Source: Octopus sinensis
Lineage: Eukaryota
NCBI RefSeq assembly: GCF_006345805.1
Contig: NC_043001.1
Location: 24,552,001 to 24,616,000 of the forward strand
Direction of reading: 5' to 3'
DNA length: 64,000 nucleotides
In this document: positions 52,030-64,000 of the stretch, in pieces
Layout: every line of letters starts with the position of its first letter
Position numbering within the stretch: position 1 is the stretch's first letter
The notes under the pieces: generated by a model
What the model was told of the DNA's origin: nothing
The model's input: the letters and a program-made list of their open reading frames with translations, nothing else
Database searches by the model: none
Program-made: the position numbers and the translations under genes

Positions 52030-52505
52030 CAGGACAAGTGAGACCATAATCCGTGGCCTTTACCTGGGATGTAGCCAGTCCACTTATGCATACCTTTCCT
52101 TCTTGGGACACAAAACTTTGCTTGCAAAGACCTGTTGAGGCAAGTGAAATCGGAATTGAAATCGAAATCGCTCAAAAATCAATGGAAATTGTAGTTGTGA
52201 TACCAGTGCCAGTGGCAAGTAAAAGAACCATCCGAATGTGGCTGTTGCCAGTGCCGCCTCGACTGGCCTCTGTGCCAGTGGCACGTAAAAAGCACCAACT
52301 CATTGTGGCCGTTGCCAGCCTCGCCTGGCACGTAAAAAGCATCCACTACACTCACGGAGTGGTTGGCATTAGGAAGGGCATCGAGCTGTAGAAACACTGC
52401 CAGATCAGATTGGAGCCTGGTACAGCCTCCTGGCCTCCCAGACCCTGGTCAAACCGTCCAACCCATGCTAGCATGGAAAGCGGATGTTAAACAATGATGA
52501 TGATT
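52030..52505 (+). mobile_element. RTE 3' UTR, near complete (family A)
   Basis: Starts at the ORF-end sequence and ends in (GAT)n. Confidence 0.85.
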
Positions 52506-53054
52506 ATTCGTTTACTTTTGATCGAATGTTTACATATGTAACAGCTGCTACCACCAGATATGTGAGCTGTACTTTAGTGTTCGGAAATGAAAACTCTAAA
52601 GAAAAAAAAAACAAAAGAAAATAAACAACCCTACATTTGGGGCACTATTTTGTCTCTGTGATAGATGAATGCTGATGGTCATGAAAGATCATCAAAGGTT
52701 GTGAGTCATCACAACATTTGATATATTTGTGAAAGTTCTGTTGTTATTCATGGATAAACAAAGTATAGTGTTTTTAGTATGCACTCTTGATATGTGTAAT
52801 AACCATGTCTCAGCTGTTTGGAATGGGACTTGGTTATGTCCCCCATTGGTGTTTCTTCACAGTAGAAAGACATATTTGATGTCAGTAATGTAGCTAAGAA
52901 AAGAGGGGGAAGGGGCAAGTATTGATTGCATAAGCCTGTATAAACTTGGGCATTCAGAGATGGGGTAGCAAACTCAATGGCTGTCCCAGGCAGCACACAC
53001 TCTGGCTATACCACTATTAGTTTATATACATAGCAACATGAGTGATAAGTTTCA

Positions 53055-53380
53055 TCATCATCATCATCATTTAAGACCCGTTTTCCATGCTGGCATGGGT
53101 TGGATGGTTTGATAAGAAATGGTAAGGCTAGGGGCTGCACCAGGTTCCATAGTCTGTTTTGGCTTGGTTTCTATGGCTGGATGCCCTACCTAATGCCAAC
53201 CACTCTATGGAGTGGTTGGCATTAGGAAGGGCATCCAGCCATAGAATGGTTTCTATGGTGTCCATCCGTCCAGTGCACAGAGTGTACTGGGTGCATTTTA
53301 TGTGACATCATCAGAGGAGTTTTTTAAGTGGCACCTACACCAGTTCTTTTTATGTTGCACCTTGGTTTTAGGATTTCAGT
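53055..53380 (-). mobile_element. RTE 3' UTR fragment with an internal foldback
   Basis: Family A sequence; 37-bp inverted duplication at 53169-53246. Confidence 0.75.
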
Positions 53381-54287
53381 TCTGTTGTGGTATGCAGGTC
53401 ACCTTCGTAGGATCAAGTGTAGTTTAGGAATGACAGGATGGCTGTTCATGCTCTGGGCCTGCTAGTAAACTGAACTCCTGTGTCCTTGCATGTATAATAT
53501 TTTTTTTTAATTTTCCAGTGAGTAAAAGCTGCAAATATAGGAGTAAATATTAATTACAATTTATTAAATGTAGGAATAAACTATTTTATTTATTATTTCC
53601 ACATTTTCCCTTGGTACATCTTTGCTCATTCATCATTGATCCAGGATAATATTGTATGCTTAATTGTGAACCATTTCATGCTTATCACAAATTGATCTGT
53701 GGTAACATGGGTCAGTGATCAGTTAAAGATTCTGCTTGAACCACAAAAGCATGCCCCAGTGACCATCCATAATGCTCAGCAAACCAGAATACACTAAACA
53801 TGAAAAAATATCATTATGCATGTTTGGTACCGTTATCAGCATTATCATCAACGTTTAATGACCGTTTTCTATGCTGGCATAGGTTGGACAGCTTGACCGA
53901 AACTGGAAAGGTTAGAGGTTGCACCAGGTTCCTTAATTTGTTTTGGCTTGGTTTCTATTTTACATAGCATCATTACCAATGTTCTTTTACATGGCACCAG
54001 CACCAGTGCTTCTCACATGGCATCAGCATGCACACACCAATGGTTAAGAAATATTTAAAGAAATTTAATGGAAATACTTAATGAAATTGATAAAGAACAA
54101 CGAAAACTCAGTCATATTATGTTGATATAGTCAGAGTATCAATCTCTTGGATAACCACATAGACCTTGGCTAGGGGCCAATGTTGGCCATTTTGCTGACC
54201 CCACCAGTTAAGTGCTTCACTACAGAAAGGATCCAAGATTTGATCCCCCTGCCTGATACTTTGTGCCTTTTCTACTCAAAACATTTT

Positions 54288-54545
54288 CATCATCATCATC
54301 ATCATCGTTTAACGTCTGTTTTCCATGCTAGCATGGGTTGGACGATTTTGACTGAGGGCTGACGAACCAGATGGTTGCACCAGGCTCCAATCTTGATTTG
54401 GCAGAGTTTCTACAGGTGGATGCCCTTCCTAACGCCAACCACTCCGAGAGTGTAGTGGGTGCCTTTTACGTGCCACCGGCACGGGGGCCAGTCAGGCGGT
54501 ACTGGCAACGACCTCGCTCGAATCCTTTTACACATGCCACCATCT
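54288..54545 (-). mobile_element. RTE 3' UTR fragment (family A)
   Basis: Close to the 6.6-kb copy. Confidence 0.8.
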
Positions 54546-55449
54546 TGTATGTGAAATTTTAGTAGACAAAAACCATGTACAAACCAATTATATATTTACA
54601 CATAAGTGAATGTGTGGGACGGGCATCTGTTGAATTTTGCACATATTATATAGTAAACATAGAGGACAAAATGAAAGGAAAGCACTGATTATTATGTGTG
54701 TGTGCGCGTGTCGTGTTATGAGTATGCGTGCGTGCCTATGAGTAGCATGTAATGTTTGTGTCGGAGGTGGGGGAATGCACATGCTTCATGCCAGAGTTGA
54801 TCGTGTAGGTTTTTTTTTTTTGTTCTATCCCATCGTCTGCCGTAAGAACGTTCAGTTAAAAAGGAAAAAAAATTAACCGAATTCTACTATTAGTGCCTTT
54901 ATTATGGTTTATGGCTAATCTTTGCTGATTGTTAATGATTATTTGTTTGCCTTTCGCTTTCACTGGATGGCATTTCTTTCACTTTGTCGACCGTATTATT
55001 TGTATTAAGTTCACCATAGTCATTAGTACGCACGCATGTGTGTATGCGTACGCGTGCATGCTCATGCTTCTATTTATACCAGTCGAAAGAGCGGCAAAAT
55101 GTTACGTTCCTGCGCGTCCTGTAAACTAGCAGTTCGCCAAACAGATTTCAATGAAAAAGGGTCCAGTCCGAAACAAGTAATAGGATCGATATATTCTCGT
55201 CACCTCTCCTTCGCACGGTCGTTTACACATTGAATACAGTGCTCCAGCGGTGCCACAATCCAACGAGTAAAATAATATAAACTATCAAAATGAAATAAAA
55301 CACTGGTTTCTAATAACGATTTAATTTGAATTATTAGAAAATCTAATTTCCTTCTGTATTCAGGTTGCTGAGCAAGTTCCTTTTATTCTTCTCCCCCGTC
55401 TCCTCCTCTTTGCGAACATATATTTCATATCTGCTCCCTCTTATCTTAC

Positions 55450-55510
55450 TTTCATTTTCCCGGCAAATCTAGCTTTCTCATAATTATTTTCCACATAGCG
55501 ACGCATATAA
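55450..55510 (-). CDS. Candidate start exon (MRRYVENNYEKARFAGKMK)
   Basis: TTTTCTCTCTAG acceptor, ATG at 55506, AAA|GTAAGA donor, other two frames closed. Confidence 0.3.
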
Positions 55511-55554
55511 CTAGAGAGAAAACTTATCCATCTGTTACTTAGATGTGAGTGAAG

Positions 55555-55631
<77 letters not shown>

Positions 55632-55878
55632 AAGAGAAAAAGAAGGCTTTTGTGTTTATAAAACAATCTTCAATGTATGCCGACCTGAGCAAAGAGTTAG
55701 GACTGGATCACACTTCTGTGTACATCCATACAAATATATCTGTTTGAAAGAAGACACAGGATATTTAACTTCATTGCGTACCAACAACTATCAACAACAA
55801 CAGTTGAGTGCCAGCCAGCACTCACACTCACACGCACATGCACCCCACTCTCGCTGTTCGTCATGCCAACTTACTCAC

Positions 55879-56151
55879 CTAGCAAATCACCAACTTTAAT
55901 GTTTGTTTCTGTAATAAGTTTGCGCCGAGCTTATTTATTATTACTGACGGGATACCCATATTAGAACTAACGCTTGTGTGTTTGTGTGTGTTTGTACACA
56001 TCGCATCTGTAGTAGCGGAAGATACCAAAAAAGTTTTTTTTTACTCGTTCTTCGCTTGGAAAACATCCGTCACGGCTTCAGGAATACACGCTGACTTGTT
56101 TTGTCTGTCAAAATTGCCGACAAAAACTTTCCGCCAAAATAAACTCCCGCC
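55879..56151 (-). other. Candidate 5' UTR exon
   Basis: Donor TAG|GTGAGTAAGT at 55878; preceded by a well-formed 86-nt intron candidate 56237-56152 (GTAAGT...TTTTTATCAG); only short uORFs. Confidence 0.35.
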
Positions 56152-56459
56152 CTGATAAAAATCTTAAAAGAAGTAAAAAGAGAACTGGACTACAAAGTAA
56201 AGGAAAGCTTACCAATTTCATACTAACTACTACTTACTCAGGTGTGTTTATTTCACACAATGGAAGAAAACCGTAAGAAACAGGTAAATTGCAATTGTTG
56301 TTATTTGTTTAATTTCTTTTCACCTTATTTTCGCAGTCGCTTGTAAGCGCTATCCCGTGTCCTGTGAATATATATCGAGTGCCAGTGCTTCAATTTCAAC
56401 ATGTGATTGTATTATGGATATATTCATTCCTTATCAAAGAAAAATTAGATATGTTTATT

Positions 56460-56503
56460 TATGTATGTATGTATGTATGTATGTATGTATGTATGTATGT
56501 ATG

Positions 56504-56534
<31 letters not shown>

Positions 56535-56958
56535 GTGTATGTATGTATGTATGTATGTATGTGTGTATGTATGTATGTATGTATGTATGATGTATGTATG
56601 TATGATGTATGTATGTATGATGTATGTATGTATGATGTATGTATGTATATGTATGTATGTATGTATGTTGTATGTATGTATGTTTGTAGTATGTATGTAT
56701 GTATGTATGTGTGTTGTATGTATGTATGTATGTATGATGTATGTATGTATGATGTATGTATGTATGATGTATGTATGTATGATGTATGTATGTATGTATG
56801 TATGATGTATGTATGTATGTATGTATGTATGTTTGTAGGTATGTATGTATGTATGTATGTATGTATTATGTACGTACGTACGTACGTACGTACGTATGAT
56901 GTATGTATGTATGTATGATGTATGTATGTATGTATGTATGATGTATGTATGTATGTAC
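56460..56958. repeat. (TATG)n satellite with 15-bp GTATGTATGTATGAT variants
   Basis: Direct reading. Confidence 0.95.
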
Positions 56959-57539
56959 GAGAGAGGTTGTAGGTATATTTTGTTTAGATAATGTGATTAT
57001 TTTATCATTTTTCTTTAATCTTTTAATCGTTAGCTGACGAATTCCTATTGATAACGGAAATTAAGACAGACTTTAACGAGAATCTGGAAAAAGCGTGCTT
57101 CGGATACGTGGGGAAAAAGCAAATGATGAAGAGAAGGAGGGCGAGATGCAAACGTTTGCCTGACACTAAGTAACGCCGGTTGTGTTGATTGCATTTTGTT
57201 GTGAAATTACGTTTCCTTGTCAATCACTGAAGGAGAACAATAAATTTTAATGCATCATCGATATATGTCAGTAATGTTAGCTTTGGTCTTCTTGTAGCAC
57301 ACTGTATAAACATACAATTTCGTATCAGTATCAAGTATTGATGGGTAATAATTTGTTTATATATTTAACTACTTGTGCGCTGTAGTGTTTTGGATCTGAT
57401 AACAAACACAGTGCTATGACAGTTGGTTGTGGTGAGCAGAATCACGGACTTCGTTTGTTTATGTATGTATACATACATAGATACATATGTATACATATCT
57501 GGTTATGTATATATAGATACATATTTACACACACACACA

Positions 57540-57612
<73 letters not shown>

Positions 57613-57955
57613 TGTTTACATATATATATAAATAGATAGATAGATCGATAGAACTTACTTGGAAAAGGATGCGTGGCGTTCGATCATATAATAATATAAA
57701 TAATATATAAATATATGCATATATATACATACATGTACATACCTGCATATATATGTATATATATGCATATAAGAGTACAGGACATATAGGCATGTGTATA
57801 TACATATATATGCAGGTATGTACATGTATGTATATATGCATATATTTATATATTATTTATATTATATATATGTAACTATATATACATACACATATGCGTG
57901 TCTGTGGATAGATAGGTAGATAGATAGATGCATACATACATACATACATACTTAT

Positions 57956-58009
<54 letters not shown>

Positions 58010-58369
58010 GAGATGATTGAGCTGACCGATGAATATTTTTATCCAGATCGAAGATGAATGACTTACTCATCAAATAATGCATTTCTTTTTTATGATGACG
58101 AACTCATTATTTATAAAATATTTTAATATGTACAAAATGAGAGAGTGGGTCCATCCACATTCTATAGGCACGTAAAACATTGTCCCGAACAATTACCGAA
58201 CCAATTTTGCCACAAACCTAATGGACAAGTAGTTTCACCCGTCACTTCAACTATCGACGTTTTTTCGTTCCCAGGACTCAGGGAAAATGAAAGTATTTGT
58301 CTCAGGATAAGAAGTTTCCTGATCTCTAAGTGAAAGTAATTTCTTTCTTTTTAAAATGTTTACCAGGAC

Positions 58370-58947
58370 CAAAAGTTGAAATGTTTTCGTGGGTGAAAAG
58401 TGAAAGTTTTATTAAGGAGGGAAAGGCCGTTTTCCTGTGTCTAGTGGCTGTAGCGAAAGAGGTGGTATGGTGAACCCGTTTGAAAGGGCTATGGTCAGAC
58501 ACTTTCCTCTTTGGCCAAGGCCTCATCAACTTTTTCAAGTTTCACTTGAACAGGAAGGTGAGGGTAGAGAGGGAAGTGCTGTCTGATAGCAAATTTATTG
58601 AAAGGTGGGTTTATGTCGCAAGAATGGCCAGTATAAATGGACCGATTTTGAGGATACACCTGTAGTATAAAAAGGTATTATAAAAGGAGAAAGGGGCTTT
58701 CTACACCCCCCCCTCTTGACTAGGCTCCCGTGGCTTTTATAGGTTTTTCCACGAGTAACCTTTTGAAGCGCCTCCCCCTATTGGGAATTTTAATTGTTAC
58801 TTATATTTCGTTGTTATCCTGCTTTTGTACACGGACTTTTTCAAACGGACAAAACCCTTTGTAAATTTCGTCCTGTTTTGTCCCTTTATGTTTTAATTAA
58901 TTTTTGTCAGCCCTTGTGGCCAATAAACGAATTAATTATTATTATTA

Positions 58948-58993
<46 letters not shown>

Positions 58994-58995
58994 TT
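58370..58995 (+). mobile_element. L1/Tx1-clade LINE 3' end
   Basis: LVAVAKEVVW*TRLKGL..LINFFKFHLNRKVRVEREVLSDSKFIERW resembles the Tx1-type ORF2 C-terminus; 3' UTR, AATAAA, (TAT)n tail. Confidence 0.7.
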
Positions 58996-59912
58996 AAATA
59001 TGAATGATAAACAGATCTGTTATATTTAAACAGTTGTTTATCTCCGTCATCAAAGAAAGTATAATGCCATATAAAAAATCGATTGAATAAGAATCTAACT
59101 ATGCAATAAGTACCAATGTTTGTTTGTTTTTTGGGGGGTTTTTTTCTATTTCTTCATCAAGCCCAATTCCACTGCGCTCCAATCTAAGGCTAGTTGAGAT
59201 TCAAATGATTCTTGCCTTCATTCTCGCTATATCATATGTCCAAAAACACACTAATCTCTTGCGGTAAACTCTTTTGAAACACATCCAAGTGTGTGTGTGT
59301 GTGTGATACGGGTTTTCAGTGATCTTCATATCCTCAGCACAACCAGAACGAAGTCGAATGCGATAAAGAAGACCATAATTTTGAAGAAAAATAATTTGTT
59401 TCATATATTTGTCGTTAATTGTTCTCATTCTTCCCATTAATAATCGATACGATTGGGTGACTCATGACCATTATTTGCTCACATTAATTAGAAACGCCGT
59501 CCAAATATTTGCTGGATCCATCTGTGATAAAGACCTCACTACATTGGATGTTTTGTAGAAGTAAGCAACAAGTGGGCCTTAGACCGCAAGTGGTCTACTG
59601 AAATGTTTACGTTGTAAATGTTTACCAGTGAGAGAAATGAGATTAGGGAATATCTTTTTAATATATTATTTACACTGTAATTGATAGCATATGTAAAACA
59701 CACATGTTTTCCGAAAACATTTCCTACAAAACCACCCTGGATTCTAGATGCAAAGTTGCTTTAAATAGAACGTGCTTTGATGCACTAAAACCAAGTAGAA
59801 CGTGCCTTGATGCGCTAAAACCAATTTTCCTGAATATGCGCTACTGAAAATGGAGTGCGTCTAATTTGCTCACGTTTTTTATGTCATCAAACATGGTACA
59901 TTTTATATTGTA

Positions 59913-60303
59913 CTAGCAGTATCGCCTGGCGTTGCTCGGGTTTGTTTCGACCCTTTAGAATTGGAATTTTTGAAAAGTAAAACTTTTGCATTATGTTGCT
60001 TGTTATTCTCTTTGAGTGAACATTTTTCTGGTTGAAATACACCGAAAAATGGGGACACAGCAGTCAAAAGAATCGTAAAAAAATAGAAATTTTCATAGAA
60101 AAAAACACCTTTTTGATGTAAATAATTTTTGGTCTTAACATGGTTCGATTTGAATTTGTTCTCCTACGGAATGAAGAGTAAGCCTTCTTCTATCATACTC
60201 TCAATTTTGGTCAACTTGCGCCGCAGGGTCTCGGAGGAGATAGTGTTAGTTGAAGGCTACCAAACCTGTCACACACAGACAACTTCAGCTTTATATATAA
60301 AGA
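59913..60303 (-). mobile_element. Helitron alpha
   Basis: TC...hairpin-CTAG termini between A and T. Confidence 0.85.
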
Positions 60304-60599
60304 TTGCTGGTACTCTATGGCCTTCCTTCTTTAAGTTTCATTATATATATATATATTGGCTTAGGCATTGCGAAACCTGGTGTAGAATTCAATATACATA
60401 TGCTTCAGAACACTCTTTCGAATATGTATGCATAAAGGCAATTCTTTTCCCAAATAAATTGCACTTCGTATTTGATGCTCCGATGAAGCTATAAGGTGTT
60501 ACTTAGACACTCAGCCATGCGTCCACTGTGTCTTATAATAGCAGAAACAGCAGTAGGCTAATGATGTTCATACGATAATTGTTTATTCCTTTGTCATCT

Positions 60600-60804
60600 G
60601 ATTTTCTTGTATTAAACTACACGCGTGGTGTTGGTGATATTTTTTCCTTTTCTGGACTTTACTGTTTCCCTTTCTGACGAAGACCTATGCTCGTAACGTC
60701 AAAAACCCCATCTTTTTACCGAGCGTCAGACTAAGGTATTCCATGTGCACATCCTCATGTTGTTTTGTTATTGTTATTTTCAATGTTCGGTTATTCGATT
60801 TGGC

Positions 60805-60810
<6 letters not shown>
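60600..60810 (+). mobile_element. Penelope-like end fragment with a decayed hammerhead-like motif
   Basis: CTGACGA-A-GACCTATGCTC-GTAACGTC at 60674-60700; abuts (TA)n. Confidence 0.45.
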
Positions 60811-60838
<28 letters not shown>

Positions 60839-60971
60839 TACACACACATACACATATTTAAATCTAGAAGACAAGCTATTCTCGAAAAGATAAACAAGTT
60901 TACTATTTTACTTTCTGTGGGTCCTGGAAGCAAGAAGCACTCAAATGTATCTATGTCCGAATGACTATTCT

Positions 60972-61156
60972 TTCTTTTATTCTTTTACTTGTTTCAGTCA
61001 TTTTACTGCGGCCATGCTGGAGCACCGTCTTTATTCGAATCAAATCGACCCCAGGACTTATTCTTATTGGTCTCATTTGCTGAACCGCTAAGTTACGGGA
61101 GCATAAACACCAGCTTCGGTTGTCAAGCGATATTGGGGGAACAAACACAGATTCAC

Positions 61157-61208
<52 letters not shown>

Positions 61209-61425
61209 TACATACATACATCATACATACATACATACATACATACATATACATAGATACATACATACAGCGGACTTCTTTCAGTTTCCGTCTACCAAAT
61301 CCACTCACAAGGCTTTGGTCGGCCCGAGGCTATAGTAGAAGACACTTGCCCAAGGTGCCACGCAGTGGGACTGAACCCGGAACCATGTGGTTGGTAAGCA
61401 AACTACTTACCACACAGCCACTCCT
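60972..61425 (-). mobile_element. SINE family B, full length
   Basis: Matches the family consensus, internal (CA)n/(CATA)n. Confidence 0.9.
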
Positions 61426-61900
61426 GCACCTATATTGTTAAAAGTTCTGGTAAATTTACTAGCGAAAAGATGTTTCCATTGCTATTGGTCCAAAGACATA
61501 TGTATCTAGCGATGACGATCAAACACTTGTACCACGATTGCTCTCAGTTCTCGTGGTGCATTACCATCTTCAGTACCCGTTGCAGCACTCACTACGTGTA
61601 CCATCGCTCCCAAGGAGTCGTTATCGCTATAAGTATTAGTGACAAGTGACACCCCAGTCTAAACAAGTGGCCTGAAATGTATAGAAAACAGAGATATCCC
61701 ATCTTGGCATTTGCCACCGCCGCAGTTCAGTTTTGGTGAGTTCCAACATTACCAATATACTTCCAGACATTAAGAACCGCTCATTTACATGATTTCAGTG
61801 TTTTGGTGGCATCGCCGATCATTGGAATTACCTAAGTGCATAATATCCTTTGCATCGATCTATTGTCTACACCTACAACTTAACATTCAGCACAAATCTG

Positions 61901-62305
61901 GGATCTTTTCGGTTTGAACGGCAGTTTTTTCTAGCGGTGTCATGTGAAATTATCACCCATAATTATGACCCTAGTATCGATCTATTGCATTTTAATCTGT
62001 TTTAGGGTTAGGGATGGGGGAAGGGCATCTTTTTTCTTCAGAAATGTAAATAAACCCAATCTGTTTCTTAAACGAGGGACATATTCATACGGCACGGAAT
62101 GTTTTCACCTCAATAGACGTCATTGATTGGTTGAAATTTCAGAAACTGAAGAAAAAAACAACTATCTTACAAACTATAGAATTTTCTCAATAAAGCCAAG
62201 AGAAAAAGATGTTTTATAAACACATTCTACCAGTATACGAAGTTTAAAAGTGTTTAGTTACGTGGAAATTATTTTAAAAAACTACCGTTCAAACCGAAAA
62301 GATCC
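61901..62305. mobile_element. MITE with ~30-bp TIRs (MULE-like)
   Basis: GGATCTTTTCGGTTTGAACGGCAGTTTTTT / AAAAAACTACCGTTCAAACCGAAAAGATCC; flanks ACAAATCTG and TATAATCTG may be a decayed 9-bp TSD. Confidence 0.7.
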
Positions 62306-63098
62306 TATAATCTGAGTCCTCTTGAAGAGCTAAGCTAATTTGAAAGACACTGTTAACCAGTTTATTACCAGCCAACCCAAATACTACTCCATGGCGCACT
62401 TACAGTTACCAGTCGTCCAAGATCTTGTTGACGTTGTGCTTTTGCGGGCTCACACTCTGCATCTTAATGAACTGTTGCCTCTTCCTAGTTTTGTTACTTT
62501 TTCTTTCATCCTCAATGCTCAGAAATAGTAAGACTGTTGTTCTGTCTGTCTGTCAGCCTTCAGCTAACTAGATTGATTTCTAACACTGACACAAGGCTAT
62601 AAAATTTGCAGTATCGGTCGTCAATGGATTGACAGAATCAATAGGGTCACAAACAAATCGTATTACAGGATGTAGTTACGTCCCTTTACGTAATAAGTAC
62701 ACATCCTGCTTGAATTAGCTTTGTTTCTCTTCCTTTCAGCGTCAGTCAAAATAATTGCCGCATTGTTTCTTATATTTTTACTTTATATACCTATTGTTTT
62801 TATTTATTTTAGTCTAATATATAATTTTTATATTTTTCTTTTCCTTCTTTATTTAGCTTTTTCACCTGCCCAAAATTTCACACCTGAATTTAATTTGGTT
62901 TCTCACCTTTGGATTTTTGATAGTAATAAAATAAAACTCATTTCTTTGAACCATTCACAACAGTAGCTTGCTATCTGAACACAACGTTGTGTTTAATGGA
63001 GCTTTCTATCTGTTTTCTTGCATTAACCCCCCCCCCCCCCAGAAAACCAACAAAATCATTCTTCACTGGCTGAAACTTAATGTCCCAATTAATATAAA

Positions 63099-63482
63099 TC
63101 TCTCTATATAAAGCTGAAGTTGTCTGTGTACGGCAGGTTTGGTAGCCTTCAACTAACACTATCTCCCCCGAGACCCTGCGGCGCAAGTTGACTAAAATCG
63201 AGAGTATGATAGAAGAAGGCTTGCTCTTCATTCCTTAGAAGATAAAATTCAAATCGGGCCATGTTAAGACCAAACATTATTTACATCAAAAAGGTGCTTT
63301 TTTTCTATGAAAATCCCTATTTTTTACGATATTCTTGACTGCTGTGTCACCATTTTTCGGTGTATTTCAACCAGAAAAATGTTCACTTAAAGAGAATAAC
63401 AAGCTACATATTGCAAAATTTTCAAAAATTCCAATTCTAAAGGGTCGAAACAAACCCGAGCAACGCCAGGCGATACTGCTAG
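63099..63482 (+). mobile_element. Helitron alpha
   Basis: A|TC...CTAG|T, colinear with 20927-21315. Confidence 0.85.
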
Positions 63483-64000
63483 TTCTATAATAAATTTGAT
63501 TCTACTCTTTATAAGATGTCTAAAAATCTACAAGTCAGAAAAAACAGTAACAGAGTAGGCATATTATTGTTAATGCATTAATATATTATAGCCTGAAAAA
63601 ATTCAAATCACTTAATGGTTTCATACCAGAAGTGGAAAACTAAGTCTAGCAATCATCAGAAATGGCTGAAATGAATATCATGGGATCTTTGTCACTAGGG
63701 CTCTGACAGCGTCACATTCAGTTTGTATTCTTAGATATTTTGTAAAAACTGAATCAACATCCATTAAAGAAGTTACCTAAGTTCCGACCCAAGGATGTGG
63801 TTGGGTCATTAGAGTTATATCCCTTGAACTGACACTAAGATAGGTTGATTATTGGCCTTTTTGATCCCAATTCAAGGGACAAAACTCAAATAAACTAAAT
63901 AGTTTTTCCATCGGGTTTAAAGTAGGTGATGTTTTTTTCTGTATTCCATTCTAGTTTTTAGATCAGCCCTAAGAACTATAAACCAGTTGTAACACTTCCA

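Larger units (their letters stand above)
54620..56400. promoter_or_regulatory. CpG-rich promoter-like region
   Basis: Unique sequence with visibly many CpGs versus the CpG-poor DNA to the left; E2F-like TTTCCGCCAAA and TCCCGCCC at 56128-56152; (GA)n at ~55555-55630; clustered splice signals. Confidence 0.5.

Noticed and set aside
52748-52996. Minus ORF with a Penelope-RT-like TPMG motif
   Set aside because: A single weak motif is not enough to call
4957-57841. Many track ORFs rich in YI, CV, HT, RE or MYVC repeats
   Set aside because: They are translations of (TA)n, (GT)n, (GA)n and (TATG)n microsatellites, open only because these repeats lack stops
59766-59825. 30-bp tandem duplication
   Set aside because: Two units only, with no associated structure
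62002-62013. Telomeric TTAGGG repeats
   Set aside because: Only two units, internal to a MITE

Overview
AT-rich, repeat-dominated animal genomic DNA. The repeat complement suggests an octopus or related cephalopod, which is an inference. I could not confidently identify any protein-coding gene; most ORFs in the supplied track are translations of microsatellites or repeats. The window holds three tRNA-headed SINE families (here B, C, D), many 3' fragments of an RTE LINE, and CR1, L1/Tx1, RLE-type LINE and Ty3/Gypsy remnants. It also has six non-autonomous Helitrons, piggyBac-, hAT- and MULE-like MITEs, Penelope-like end fragments and long (TA)n/(TATG)n tracts. A CpG-rich, promoter-like zone at about 54.6-56.4 kb borders a CpG-poor region to its left that contains scattered minus-strand exon candidates (unproven). 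The most notable feature is a 327-bp structured insertion (36760-37086, 10-bp TSD) nested in a piggyBac-like MITE. It carries a type I hammerhead ribozyme with a compensatory U3-A8 core at the tip of a long stem, resembling a retrozyme. Several other hammerhead-like motifs lie in Penelope-like fragments. Repeat boundaries are approximate unless TSDs or TIRs are quoted.
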